Positions 25,644 to 35,892 of a DNA stretch of 64,000 nucleotides are shown here, piece by piece. The notes below the pieces were generated by a model. The model had not been told where the DNA came from and searched no databases. It worked only from the letters and a program-made list of their open reading frames with translations. Origin of the DNA: a virus; the IMG/VR virus record IMGVR_UViG_3300022187_000017, positions 41,778-105,777 of that record. One strand, given 5' to 3'. The first letter of the stretch is position 1. Each line of letters begins with the position of its first letter. Both the position numbers and the translations under genes were made by a program.

Positions 25644-25717
25644 ATATTTTGCGAAATTAATTCAACTCTATTCAAATCCTACCTGCAAAAGTAGTGTAGA
25701 TATATGGTAAATACAAA

Positions 25718-26824
25718 TTATTTAGTCTTTTTATCTACTTTATCCTTCACTTTATCTATAACTACCTTTCTTTCAGCTGCTTTCCTTTTCAATTCTTCTC
25801 TTATCTTATTGATATTTGGGATCTCTTTCTCTGGAATATCTTCAAATTCTGCATATTCACCCTCACCTTCCTTATCCTGATGCTTCTTAGCTATAGCTCT
25901 CCAGTCATACACCATTGTAGAAGGATATTTAACCTCTTCTGACATGAAATCTTGACTAGATGAATTGAACCCTGAAAACTTGGAATAGATAGAATTGTGC
26001 AGCCTATTGATCAATAGTGCAGGATTCACTCCCATTCTAAATGCTGCTCTGGCTATGATGATATCATTAATGGCCAAGGATCCCATGATCTCCCTCTCAA
26101 TATGCTCTGCTACAGTATGCTGGATCTTATGAGTAACCTCACCTTTTATATTGAGTGTATTGATGTGCATCTCATCCTTAACCTGCTTCAGGATCTTCAA
26201 CATCATATCAGCCTCAGCTCTGGATCTTGATACCTCATACTTCTCCCTTCTATCTCCATATAGAAATGAGAGCTCTTCCAACCTCCCTCTCTTATGAGAT
26301 AGCCTCACATTATTTGTGTCCTTCCTGAATGTCTCCTGTAGAGCTGTGATCTTCTCCTTATGATCATCATGGAAGATCTTCAGCTGCCTCTTACTGACAT
26401 CAACACCCCACTCTACATAGAGTATCTTTAAAACATCATCTATGGATAGGTATCTACCAAAGTACTCCAATACCTCTGAAGATCTCTCATCTAAAAACAT
26501 CATCCCAGACTCACCATCTGTTACAGATAGTGCAGGAGATGCCTGCTTACCAAATGCCTCACTCTTATACTTGAATTTCTTCTTATTAAGGATCTTAACA
26601 ACATTTACCCTCTCCAGTATAGCAATTTGCTCATCAGCTGGTAGGTGTTTTATGTAGCTCTTTATGATATCAAGTAGGAATAGAGGATCTATCACCAGTG
26701 AGATATCTGAAGTATATATCATCCTAGTGTCTTGCTTGAGTGCTTTTGAATCCCTTATCTTCAGGTATTTCAAATAAGCCTCTTCATTTATCACATCATC
26801 TGGTATGTTAATTTCCTTAGCCAT
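25718..26824 (-). CDS. Putative terminase small subunit (DUF2280-like)
   Basis: HTH-like segment, then ETFRKD...RLSHKRGRLEELSFLY...LKILKQVKDEM, resembling the DUF2280/TerS pattern. Confidence 0.45.
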   Translation of the reverse strand: MAKEINIPDDVINEEAYLKYLKIRDSKALKQDTRMIYTSDISLVIDPLFLLDIIKSYIKHLPADEQIAILERVNVVKILNKKKFKYKSEAFGKQASPALSVTDGESGMMFLDERSSEVLEYFGRYLSIDDVLKILYVEWGVDVSKRQLKIFHDDHKEKITALQETFRKDTNNVRLSHKRGRLEELSFLYGDRREKYEVSRSRAEADMMLKILKQVKDEMHINTLNIKGEVTHKIQHTVAEHIEREIMGSLAINDIIIARAAFRMGVNPALLINRLHNSIYSKFSGFNSSSQDFMSEEVKYPSTMVYDWRAIAKKHQDKEGEGEYAEFEDIPEKEIPNINKIREELKRKAAERKVVIDKVKDKVDKKTK

Positions 26825-27014
26825 TTAACTTGTACTTTTCTATACTCTTATCCTCTAAATATAGAGTTAATACCCTAGACTTAATCTCTTTTTGAATACT
26901 ATGTTTACATAACTGAATGAGAGTGAGTACATCTGTGGATACTTCTTCTGTAACGAGCTTTCCACTTTGATAATAGATACTCCCTTTCAGTCTATATCTG
27001 AAATGTAATTCCAT
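26817..27014 (-). CDS. Hypothetical protein
   Basis: ORF track. Confidence 0.5.
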   Translation of the reverse strand: MELHFRYRLKGSIYYQSGKLVTEEVSTDVLTLIQLCKHSIQKEIKSRVLTLYLEDKSIEKYKLNG

Positions 27015-27019
27015 TTAAT

Positions 27020-27400
27020 TTATACATCATCTTCCCTGTTATCTCCTGATCCTTTCAGTGTTCCATTACTTTTACGCTTTACCAACTTCTTGAAATTCAT
27101 CTCCATGATCTCATTTAAAGATAGTCCCAACTCATTTGCTAATGCTGTAATATACCAAAGTACATCTCCTAGCTCCTTAGCGATCTCCTGCTTATCTTCC
27201 TCATGAACTATGCCAGTGATATGAAGATCTTTGTCCCTGAATAGCTTCTTGATCTTACCAGCCACTTCTCCAGCCTCATCTGTAAGTCCCAATGTACAAT
27301 AAGCTATACCCATCTCCTTTGGATAGATTGCTGTATGATTAATTATTAATTGATAGTAATCTGTAGTCATCTTTATTCTGTTTTTATTGGAGGATTCCAC
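27020..27400 (-). CDS. mazG: MazG-like nucleotide pyrophosphohydrolase
   Basis: LGLTDEAGEVAGKIKK...KELGDVLWY...N..KL..R...L.GSGDNR. Confidence 0.9.
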   Translation of the reverse strand: MESSNKNRIKMTTDYYQLIINHTAIYPKEMGIAYCTLGLTDEAGEVAGKIKKLFRDKDLHITGIVHEEDKQEIAKELGDVLWYITALANELGLSLNEIMEMNFKKLVKRKSNGTLKGSGDNREDDV

Positions 27401-27422
27401 TCCTCATTAAAGTATATAAATG

Positions 27423-29651
27423 TTATATTTCGCATGATCCACCTGCACATGCCAATGCTCCAAGAGTATTAGCATCTATGTAATTTGGTTTTGTCAATAT
27501 CTCTGTAAAATCAACTGGCTTGAAATTCTTCTGAATCACATTCCATTTATGCCAGAGATGAACATCCTTCATACAATATACAGTATTTTTTATGTTATTC
27601 TTGAAATAATTCCTAGAAAATTTCTTAGCTCTCCTAATCCAATCCTTCCTTAGAAGTACCTGATCTCTGGTACCATCTATAGGTATATTTCTATCCAAGA
27701 CATGATCTAGTGCCTTCCAGAGATCTCCACCAAAGTAGTGAAGTCCATCAACTATGAGTCCTGATGCAAATATAGCAGCATCTCCATATGTATCCACCAA
27801 CTCCTGAGTTGTTAGTACTGATGTGAATGGTGCCTGATTATAATCCTTATCCCCATATTCCCCTAAAAAGGATACAGCAGTGAAATTATCCTGATGCTCA
27901 AAGATGTAATCTATGATCTCCTCTTTATTGTCTACAATAACTGTATTGGATACATTATGCTCAGTATCATACTTGTACCCTAGATCTCTATTGGTGCCTT
28001 CCCTAACCCAATAATTCTGAACTAATTCAATCAATTTTAGATGCTTGATACCCTTCATATCATCTTTATAGATGGTACCTTCTGGATTCTCACATGGAGA
28101 GAATACTACATAGTCTGTATTGGATGCAGAATATACTGACTCCTCCAAGATCTCTGGCCTGTTCTTTAATAACCACTGTGCTGTCTCACTCTCCTTATTG
28201 AGCTGCATTACTCTGAAATACTTCTCAGAATGCTCTGGGTGTATCCCTGATGATGTCTGTAGAATAACAGATGCATTACCTGATGGCTTCACTGTGGTAG
28301 TTCTGGCTGCCTGATTGATCCCAAGAATTGCAGCTACTTCCTTGTTAGTTTCTTTTACTATTCTAGCTCCCTCCTTCAGGATCTCTGGATTGAATAGCTC
28401 TGGCCTTGACATCCAGCCTGTAATCGATATGCCTAATAAGGCCTCTCCTGCCACTATCTCTTCAGTCTGCTTCCCAAGATAAGGGAATGAAGTATATCCA
28501 GCCTGTAGTGTACCTAATATGGATGCTCTCTTGCATAACTGATAGAACTTCTTCTCTGAGAAATTCCCTTTAGAGTCTACACATGCTGATGCTGAGATCT
28601 CATTTAGATTACAGAATTGAAATACTGACTCCTCTCTATTCTTGATCTGCTCCCAGAAGTTGAACCCAATCTCAAAACATGGATTGAACATATCAGCAAA
28701 ATGTGACATGAATACAAATCCTAGATCATTATCTCCCTCATTCTTACTCACCAGCTCATTGAATTGCTTCTTAGTGAATCCATCTCTTATCAGTCCTACT
28801 GAGTTATTTGATCTAGCTCTCCATGGATGTGTCTGTCTCCAGTTTCCTGTCTTGGCATTGATCAGATCATAATCATCCTCATCCATGATGATATTCATAG
28901 CTGATCTTCTTACTCCTCCAGATAATACTGCATCTGATAGATGCATGAATATGTCATATGCTATGATCCCTGTTATTGGAGCTGATCTCTTACCCTCTCC
29001 CATTGAGTTTATGTGATCATTGAGTAGCTTTTCTATTCTCTCCATGGCCAGCTTCAGACCATCTGGCCCGGGTGCTTTGAACCCTCCAGTAATAAATGCT
29101 CCCTTCTCTCTGACTAATGAATAGTCAAACTTGATCTCATATCCATAATACTCTTCCAATAGTGAAGAGTGCTTTATGTAAGAGCTCATAAGAACCTTAC
29201 CAGCATCTGCCCAGCCATCAATGGAATCCTGTACTACAAATATCTTTGCTCCCTTTGTTCTCCTGTGAACAGCTGGAAGGAATTTTGTGAACTCCCTCTT
29301 TAATGATACTCCTAATCCTGTACCTGATAGAAGTACATGAAATCCTCTATGGAATACATCTGGAGAATATGCATAAGTAGTACAACAATTGTACAGCTTT
29401 GCATTGTTTTTAAGGATACGATCTCCCCTGAATTGTAAGTTTCTTTGTGATGCTAGTAATTCTAGGTTCAGGTATGATGGCCTTACCTCATTAATGAGAG
29501 GCCTAGCTACCTCTCCATACCTCATAATATGTGTATCTAATACCTCATCCACAGCCTCTTCCCACTTCTCAAATCTTCCCAGATCATCTTTGAATTTTAA
29601 GTAATCTGTATATAATTTTAGATCTGAAATGAATTGCTTGCCTTTGCCCAT
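27423..29651 (-). CDS. nrdJ: Ribonucleotide reductase, class II (adenosylcobalamin-dependent, monomeric type)
   Basis: YNCC, GGVRRSA, NPCFEI, FCNLNEI, TTVKPSG, C-terminal CAGGSCEI. No beta subunit is present nearby. Confidence 0.85.
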   Translation of the reverse strand: MGKGKQFISDLKLYTDYLKFKDDLGRFEKWEEAVDEVLDTHIMRYGEVARPLINEVRPSYLNLELLASQRNLQFRGDRILKNNAKLYNCCTTYAYSPDVFHRGFHVLLSGTGLGVSLKREFTKFLPAVHRRTKGAKIFVVQDSIDGWADAGKVLMSSYIKHSSLLEEYYGYEIKFDYSLVREKGAFITGGFKAPGPDGLKLAMERIEKLLNDHINSMGEGKRSAPITGIIAYDIFMHLSDAVLSGGVRRSAMNIIMDEDDYDLINAKTGNWRQTHPWRARSNNSVGLIRDGFTKKQFNELVSKNEGDNDLGFVFMSHFADMFNPCFEIGFNFWEQIKNREESVFQFCNLNEISASACVDSKGNFSEKKFYQLCKRASILGTLQAGYTSFPYLGKQTEEIVAGEALLGISITGWMSRPELFNPEILKEGARIVKETNKEVAAILGINQAARTTTVKPSGNASVILQTSSGIHPEHSEKYFRVMQLNKESETAQWLLKNRPEILEESVYSASNTDYVVFSPCENPEGTIYKDDMKGIKHLKLIELVQNYWVREGTNRDLGYKYDTEHNVSNTVIVDNKEEIIDYIFEHQDNFTAVSFLGEYGDKDYNQAPFTSVLTTQELVDTYGDAAIFASGLIVDGLHYFGGDLWKALDHVLDRNIPIDGTRDQVLLRKDWIRRAKKFSRNYFKNNIKNTVYCMKDVHLWHKWNVIQKNFKPVDFTEILTKPNYIDANTLGALACAGGSCEI

Positions 29652-29770
29652 TGTTTATTGAATGTTTTTATTATTGATATAGAAATGAACTACTAAATTT
29701 AGCATTTTTATACCAAATTATTATCATCTACTATTGTTAATTTTTTACTATTACTTAGTGTTAGCTACAA

Positions 29771-29944
29771 TTATTTTAAAACCCATTCTAAAGTCTTAAT
29801 GTCATCTTTTATATCTCGCACAGTTTGTAGCATAACATCTTTATTTTTATCAGTAAACTGATTAGTATTTAATAAGTGTTGAGTTTTCTTAACACCTTCT
29901 TCCAACTGTGCTATTTTATCTAATATTTCTTTTTGTGTTTTCAT
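29771..29944 (-). CDS. Hypothetical 57-aa coiled-coil protein (below the track cutoff)
   Basis: MKTQKEILDKIAQLEEGVKKTQHLLNTNQFTDKNKDVMLQTVRDIKDDIKTLEWVLK*. Confidence 0.6.
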   Translation of the reverse strand: MKTQKEILDKIAQLEEGVKKTQHLLNTNQFTDKNKDVMLQTVRDIKDDIKTLEWVLK

Positions 29945-29950
29945 ATTGTT

Positions 29951-30454
29951 TTAAATTAATGGATCACCATCTGGTATCATATCCACTCTCTTCTTCCTAG
30001 CATTATTGGCTAATAAGTCAGCTCTCTCATTATCAGGATGTCCATCATGACCTTTGATCCAATTTAGCTTCAATTCAATGCCATTTTCATGCATCTCCCT
30101 GAAGTGAATTAGGAACCTCTTCCAGAGATCATGATTCTCTCTCATCTTACCCTTCTTCTTCCACTCAGTTCTCTCCCAATTGAATACCCATCCTTCACTG
30201 AATGCACTGGTGACATATTTGTTATCAGAGAATATTGTTATTGGGATACCTTTGCCTTTATAGATACCCAGAACAGCTATAACTGCCCTGAGCTCCATTC
30301 TAGCAGATGAAGTATTGTAGTATGTACCTATAGATAGCTCTCTCTTGGAGTTATCTGGTAGATTTATAACTGCTCCCCAGCCTCCTTCTCTTGCTCCTAC
30401 TCTGGTTTTATTCAGTGAGTTATCACAAGATCCATCAGTATAAATTTTGATCAT
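29951..30454 (-). CDS. rnhA: Ribonuclease HI
   Basis: IYTDGSC, GGWG, RMELRAVI, SDNKYV, N.DLW, WIKGHDGHPDNERADLLA. Confidence 0.92.
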   Translation of the reverse strand: MIKIYTDGSCDNSLNKTRVGAREGGWGAVINLPDNSKRELSIGTYYNTSSARMELRAVIAVLGIYKGKGIPITIFSDNKYVTSAFSEGWVFNWERTEWKKKGKMRENHDLWKRFLIHFREMHENGIELKLNWIKGHDGHPDNERADLLANNARKKRVDMIPDGDPLI

Positions 30455-31128
30455 TTAATCTTCTTTACAAATTGAGCACATGCCTCAGCTAATTCTAATA
30501 GGGATCCATTGTTATCTATTTCATGAGCAGAATTCATCTCATAACTTTCAGACTCATGCATCATATCTCTACCAGTATTACCCCCTGTCCAAATTGGATC
30601 TTCATCAGGTGCATTTCTAAACACCTCAACTAGATGTACCTCCCAATCTCCAATGAGATAATCTGAGAGTTTTTCTTCATTTGGGAATCTCCAGTCAGAT
30701 ATGATCACAGTAATATCCTCATATCCTTCTGCATACTCATCAACTAGATTATTGATCCTGATGGCCTCTGCTTTCACATGGATATCCTTATCAAAGTTAT
30801 TCCTCATACCTTCAGTAGCTAATAGCTGTAGCATTCTACCAAGAGTCATACCCCAAAGTGTTAGGTATGTTTCTTTTTGCACTTGACTAAAATCTGGTGT
30901 AGGGTTCCTGAATGGATGTCTTAGGTAGTGTTCTTTCTCTGGAGTATTCAGATCTATCATCTTCATTCCAGTTAGGCTCTCAGCTAACTTCTTAACAGTG
31001 TAGGCAAACATTCCCTTCAGGATCAATCTAGGCCTTCCTATATGTAGCTTATTTGCAATAAAAGCAGCAGCTGTGTCCTTACCAGACTTGTAGCCACTGC
31101 CTTTAATTAAAACTATTCTCCTTTTCAT
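30451..31128 (-). CDS. Deoxynucleoside monophosphate kinase
   Basis: GSGYKSGKDT P-loop, R.LQLLATEGMR, ISDWRFPNE, HESE, IDNNGSL. Confidence 0.85.
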   Translation of the reverse strand: MKRRIVLIKGSGYKSGKDTAAAFIANKLHIGRPRLILKGMFAYTVKKLAESLTGMKMIDLNTPEKEHYLRHPFRNPTPDFSQVQKETYLTLWGMTLGRMLQLLATEGMRNNFDKDIHVKAEAIRINNLVDEYAEGYEDITVIISDWRFPNEEKLSDYLIGDWEVHLVEVFRNAPDEDPIWTGGNTGRDMMHESESYEMNSAHEIDNNGSLLELAEACAQFVKKIK

Positions 31129-31134
31129 CTCTCT

Positions 31135-31704
31135 TTAACAGATAAAATCATCAAATTCATAATTGAGTCCAATGGCCAGATCTCTAGCCAATTCCCATCT
31201 GGATGAGAATAGAACTCCTAGCTTGGTAGCTCTGATTCCCTTGCCAGTAGCTGCTCTGTAGTGAGCTGCCATGTCCCATCTGGAGAGCTCTGTTAGATCA
31301 AGTACGTTCAATGGATCTGCTGCATGTAGAGCTGGCTCTAGGAGCTCCTCTATATGCTCATCATACTGCTCTGGAGTTAATCCTAGAGCCTTAGCCTCAT
31401 GATCTGCTACAGTAACTGGATCACAGCATACATTATCAGGTAAATCTCTATGACCTATATATTGAGGCATTTTTGGCTCCTCATCAGTTTTACCACAACA
31501 AACTGCTTGATGTTCATCATAACTAACTAATGCCTGTAGTGCCTTTGTAGCAATACGTTTTCTAGATTTCAGATCAGTAAATTCTAAATCTTCACCAGTT
31601 TCTTTTTTGACATATGCAGCTATCTCTCTAGCTGTCATAGATCCACCCTTTCTTTTTGTCCCTCCAGTATTAAATACCTTCAGATGTTTACTCTGTGTGC
31701 TCAT
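31135..31704 (-). CDS. Hypothetical protein
   Basis: ORF track; two VCC motifs. Confidence 0.55.
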   Translation of the reverse strand: MSTQSKHLKVFNTGGTKRKGGSMTAREIAAYVKKETGEDLEFTDLKSRKRIATKALQALVSYDEHQAVCCGKTDEEPKMPQYIGHRDLPDNVCCDPVTVADHEAKALGLTPEQYDEHIEELLEPALHAADPLNVLDLTELSRWDMAAHYRAATGKGIRATKLGVLFSSRWELARDLAIGLNYEFDDFIC

Positions 31705-31966
31705 TTTCTCTCTTTTTTATTAATGAAAAGTTTAATAGTTCTTCAGGAAGAAATTCCTCTAAATACTCAATGATGTCCTCCTGTTTCATCTTTGAGTCTG
31801 TATAATCTTTTGTCAGTTTGGCCTTGTGCAGCTCATCATCATTAACTAATACAATCATGATCCCATACCTGTAGATTACATGCACATCAAACTCCTCATC
31901 TGTTGAGAGGAGGAGTTGTGTTGGCTTTTCAGCTGATACTAATTTTATTGCGTTTACTGTATACAT
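31688..31966 (-). CDS. Hypothetical protein
   Basis: ORF track. Confidence 0.5.
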   Translation of the reverse strand: MYTVNAIKLVSAEKPTQLLLSTDEEFDVHVIYRYGIMIVLVNDDELHKAKLTKDYTDSKMKQEDIIEYLEEFLPEELLNFSLIKKRENEHTE

Positions 31967-31967
31967 C

Positions 31968-32207
31968 TTAATACATTACGAATCCCCAAGGATTATTCTT
32001 CCCTTCCTTAGAGATGTTATGACCTCTAACCTTTCTCTCTGCCTTGACATAGAGAGCATCTGTTACCTCTTCTGGGATGTCATCATCCTGATCCTCTTGG
32101 AATGGATTTAGATACCTTAGATGAGCCTCTCCTGCCTCATTGACTGTTAATACTCCTACAAATCCTTCTTTCTGTACTGTTAAAACTGTGTTTTTCATGA
32201 TGTTCAA
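31968..32207 (-). CDS. Hypothetical protein
   Basis: ORF track. Confidence 0.5.
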   Translation of the reverse strand: MNIMKNTVLTVQKEGFVGVLTVNEAGEAHLRYLNPFQEDQDDDIPEEVTDALYVKAERKVRGHNISKEGKNNPWGFVMY

Positions 32208-32224
32208 TTTATTGTTTATATTAA

Positions 32225-32959
32225 TTATGCTTTCTCGAATTTAGTAATTGTATAATGATCATCTCCATAATAATCTTTTACCTTTTCAATAGTTACTACA
32301 GCATCACCCTTCATAGATCTCATTCCTGCTAATACTCTGTAATTATAACCATTGTAATATCTCTCAGAAGTTGCCATATAGATATCTTTTGATACCATTA
32401 CTTCAAATCCCCAAGGATAATTACCTAATGCATCTAGTGCCTCTGTAATTATCTTAATCCCTCCATTGTCATTTACATTACTCATAACCTTCACTTGGAT
32501 TCCTTCTCCTATCAATGCCTCTTTTGCATTTTTTATCAACTGTATTGAATCATAATCCTCTTGTGTCATTAAGAACCCATCCATATCAACATACCCATTA
32601 GCTAATAGTTGAGCAGTTGCTGGAGGACAATGGTAATTATTAGAATACCACTCTAGATATTTAAAATCTGTACACTCAGAGATCAATTCTCCTTTATACT
32701 TCCCACACTGGAATTCTGGTAATGAATGATCTCTAGGCTCAAATTTTTGTCCAGAGCTCATAACCCATGAATCTCCTTTTAACCCACTAAAATGAGCTTT
32801 TGGATATAGCTTTTTAGCCTCTTCAAGATCCCTACTGATGTTCTTCCAAAATGATGCTTGCTGCTCTCCCTCTCCATCTGGTGATCCTACTGACCATAAT
32901 GTATAAAATTCTCCTCCGAATCCTATGTGTAATCCTACTTTTGCGTTCTGTACTTTCAT
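32225..32959 (-). CDS. Early protein with an EFYTLW domain and a GKYKG (DUF3820-like) motif
   Basis: EFYTLW...NISRDLEEA; FQCGKYKGELISE...YLEW. Confidence 0.6.
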   Translation of the reverse strand: MKVQNAKVGLHIGFGGEFYTLWSVGSPDGEGEQQASFWKNISRDLEEAKKLYPKAHFSGLKGDSWVMSSGQKFEPRDHSLPEFQCGKYKGELISECTDFKYLEWYSNNYHCPPATAQLLANGYVDMDGFLMTQEDYDSIQLIKNAKEALIGEGIQVKVMSNVNDNGGIKIITEALDALGNYPWGFEVMVSKDIYMATSERYYNGYNYRVLAGMRSMKGDAVVTIEKVKDYYGDDHYTITKFEKA

Positions 32960-32989
32960 GATGTGATGTATTTTAGTTGTTATTATGCA

Positions 32990-33022
32990 GCTAAAGTATA
33001 ATAAATATATTTACCCTGCAAA
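32990..33022 (-). promoter_or_regulatory. Bacteroidota-type early promoter
   Basis: Minus strand TTTGCAGGGTAAATATATTTATTATACTTTAGC. Confidence 0.65.
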
Positions 33023-33042
33023 TATAATACAACCTTTTTTCA

Positions 33043-33471
33043 TCAATTCTTGTTAAGTTCCTGAATACCAGTGAATCTAGTCACAAAAAAGTCTACCCTT
33101 CCTAGCCTACCTGTTGCAGGAACTATCTTAACCATCTTCATAAGCTCTGGCTTAATATGATCAATGAACTTTTCTGCATATCTCTCCTGTAGCTTATTAA
33201 CTGTGAGGCTATTCATGTCTACTATTGAATTGTAATATACAGATGTTTCTGGAGCTAATACTGTTAGTCCCATGGGAAGATCTGAATGTAGATTTAATAG
33301 GAATGCTGACTCTGAATCTTTCAGAGGATACCTCATAGCAAATCTGCCTACTTTATATTCTCCAGATTTTAGGTGCTGAGAAAGATCTTGATCTACTTTT
33401 AGGATCTTCACACTCCAGTTGTACATTCTCTTGGCAATACTTGCTCTTAGGCTTTTTAATAATTTTTTCAT
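33043..33471 (-). CDS. Hypothetical protein
   Basis: ORF track. Confidence 0.5.
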   Translation of the reverse strand: MKKLLKSLRASIAKRMYNWSVKILKVDQDLSQHLKSGEYKVGRFAMRYPLKDSESAFLLNLHSDLPMGLTVLAPETSVYYNSIVDMNSLTVNKLQERYAEKFIDHIKPELMKMVKIVPATGRLGRVDFFVTRFTGIQELNKN

Positions 33472-33892
33472 GATATCTCTCTCTTTTTGTTTTTAAATAT
33501 TTACTCCAATACACTATTGTTGATCTCTTCTTGTATCCTTTTGGCCCACCATTCCAGATCCTTGCATATATCTCCTCTGTAGGATATTGGCCTGTATTCT
33601 TCTGGTACTGCTTACCCCAGAAACTGAGATACTTTATGAACATCTCCTCTGACTTCTGGACTGAGTTACGATCTTGATAAGTGTAGGATGTTTTGTAGAT
33701 CCTATTCACATCATCTACTGTGATCTTCCAGATCTGGAGATGGCCTATTGCCTTCCCTCCATCACCATTGGTTAATAAACCACTCAAACTCTCAACCTCA
33801 GCTATGCCATCTAGCATATTTTGAATGATCTTCTCATCTGCATGCACTAACATGGAAATGAATAATAACGCTGTTAAAAGTACTTTCTGCAT
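33353..33892 (-). CDS. Secreted lysozyme/lytic transglycosylase-like muralytic enzyme
   Basis: Signal peptide; IAEVES catalytic Glu, GDGGKAIGHLQI, ARIWNGGPKG (i-type/destabilase-like motif). Confidence 0.75.
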   Translation of the reverse strand: MQKVLLTALLFISMLVHADEKIIQNMLDGIAEVESLSGLLTNGDGGKAIGHLQIWKITVDDVNRIYKTSYTYQDRNSVQKSEEMFIKYLSFWGKQYQKNTGQYPTEEIYARIWNGGPKGYKKRSTIVYWSKYLKTKRERYHEKIIKKPKSKYCQENVQLECEDPKSRSRSFSAPKIWRI

Positions 33893-33897
33893 GATTT

Positions 33898-34560
33898 CTA
33901 TCTATTTCTGACTCCAGTATACTCAGTGGCTTTCACCTTCTCTACTGCAAACGCAAATCTCCAAACACTCTTGAGATCTAATGAGTCAATTAATTCTACT
34001 TTTCTCCAGTGACATAATCCCCAGAGAGCTATCCTTTCTATGATAGTCTCCATGGAAGGATTCTGCTCACCATAATAACTTGTTAAATGAACCTTAGTGA
34101 TCCCATTGAGGATGTTGACATATGGCTTAGGCATAGTCACAAACATGAATCCCTTCTCAATAAGTAGGAATACATCTGGGAAGAATCTATTAGGGAACCC
34201 ATATGGATCCAGATCAATCACATCAAATGTCTGTTTTTCAGCTATCCTCTTGTGAAAGTCTAGGAATGAATTAGTTCTATTGATGAAGATATTTGGATAT
34301 TCTCTGATCTGCTCCCTCAATTCAGTAAAGACCTTCCCTTTGAATTCATTAGCCTGAACAAATCCATAATCTGTATAGATCTTAGAGCAATTACCTCTCC
34401 CAGCAAATAGATCTAAGGTACTCAGATCACTCTGGCCTTCCAGAACTTGCTTGATCTGGTTAATCTTCTCATCTGGATGATGCAATGTATCACAATAACC
34501 TCTCTGTTTCTTCCTTACAATCTCATGATCAATCACTCTCAATTTTGGCTTATCTCCCAT
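33898..34560 (-). CDS. SAM-dependent methyltransferase-like protein
   Basis: TLDLFAGRG (motif I) and FDVIDLDPYG (motif IV, DPY type). Confidence 0.7.
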   Translation of the reverse strand: MGDKPKLRVIDHEIVRKKQRGYCDTLHHPDEKINQIKQVLEGQSDLSTLDLFAGRGNCSKIYTDYGFVQANEFKGKVFTELREQIREYPNIFINRTNSFLDFHKRIAEKQTFDVIDLDPYGFPNRFFPDVFLLIEKGFMFVTMPKPYVNILNGITKVHLTSYYGEQNPSMETIIERIALWGLCHWRKVELIDSLDLKSVWRFAFAVEKVKATEYTGVRNR

Positions 34561-35462
34561 TACTTTTTGTTTTTCGTTCTCTCTTTATAGTATTCCAGTA
34601 CTCCATCAATATGATCTACAATCCCAGATATAATTGGATCTGGTTCTAGTTCCTGATTTATTAATGCATTTGAATAAGATGATAATCTAACTGATATCGA
34701 TCTTATCTCTGCAGCTGATGTGTTATTAAACATACCAGAATCCATACGATTCCTCAGCTCTGCAGTTATCTCTTGCTGGATAGTCTCCAGATTATCTCCA
34801 GAATACCATTCTGTAAGTTCCCTCCCAATCAATACTAGATCTCCATTTGTAAGCCTAGGAAGAGTCTCATTAAGATCTCCCTTAGTCAACCTATCTATTC
34901 CAAGATCCTTGTAGATCACAAATTGAATTGCTACAGTAAGATCTGATTTGAATAACTTTGGATACATCAGAGATAGGTAAGTAATCACCTCACCAGATGC
35001 AATATTGTATGATCTAGATATGCTCATGATAGCCTCACCAACATCATTCAGAGATTTTCTTACCTCTGGTAGATTACTCAGTGCATCCTTCATAGCATCC
35101 CTATAAGGAGTATCTACTTGAAGAGTCACTGGCATTTGTCTCTGGATAAGAAGAGAGATTGTATACATCAATCCTTCCCAGTTGGTAAAGAACTGTCTTA
35201 CACTAGAGTCAAAGCCATTCCCATACACAATTTCATAGGTATCTCTTAACTCCACCTGCATTGGACTTAAAACAATTCCTGTTGGAGGAGCTGGCTCTGG
35301 TTCTTGATTATTACTATCCAGAACACTTTGTCTGAACTGCTCTTCTAGGATTGCTGATTCTTCATCCTTCTTAGCAAAGTACCTGATCTCTAGGATCCTC
35401 TTTACTGATTCAAAGACACAATAGATAATAACTGCTGAAATAATTGTTGCTTGTATAGTCAT
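34560..35462 (-). CDS. Membrane-anchored hypothetical protein
   Basis: N-terminal hydrophobic helix. Confidence 0.6.
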   Translation of the reverse strand: MTIQATIISAVIIYCVFESVKRILEIRYFAKKDEESAILEEQFRQSVLDSNNQEPEPAPPTGIVLSPMQVELRDTYEIVYGNGFDSSVRQFFTNWEGLMYTISLLIQRQMPVTLQVDTPYRDAMKDALSNLPEVRKSLNDVGEAIMSISRSYNIASGEVITYLSLMYPKLFKSDLTVAIQFVIYKDLGIDRLTKGDLNETLPRLTNGDLVLIGRELTEWYSGDNLETIQQEITAELRNRMDSGMFNNTSAAEIRSISVRLSSYSNALINQELEPDPIISGIVDHIDGVLEYYKERTKNKK

Positions 35463-35510
35463 ATCTAAATTTACGAATTATTTGTGGGATATTCCCATGA
35501 TATTTGCTGT

Positions 35511-35888
35511 TTATGTTGTTAGTGCTATAATTTGACCATTCACCCACTGGCTGAATGTCTTAGGATTCTCCTTCCCTTTGATGAATTTGCAGTATGCAAC
35601 CTTAGTAAGATCACACCACTCTCCAAATGTTCTATTGCCATAGGCATTTCTGGTATGTACAAATAGTGCTTTTAAGTCTCCTAGATCAATTTCTAGACCT
35701 ACCACATAACACTCTGTAGGACTTGGAACCTTCATTCTGAACTTATCATTGAATAGGAATACAAGTGTATGATCTCCATCCTGCTTAGTGATCTTTACTG
35801 GATTGTATACTGTCTTTCCTGAAGTAGTTAATCCCTCCAGTAATACGATTTCATTTACTTTGTGATTTGATAATTTTGATGCTTCCAT
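35511..35888 (-). CDS. Hypothetical protein
   Basis: ORF track. Confidence 0.55.
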   Translation of the reverse strand: MEASKLSNHKVNEIVLLEGLTTSGKTVYNPVKITKQDGDHTLVFLFNDKFRMKVPSPTECYVVGLEIDLGDLKALFVHTRNAYGNRTFGEWCDLTKVAYCKFIKGKENPKTFSQWVNGQIIALTT

Positions 35889-35892
35889 GATG

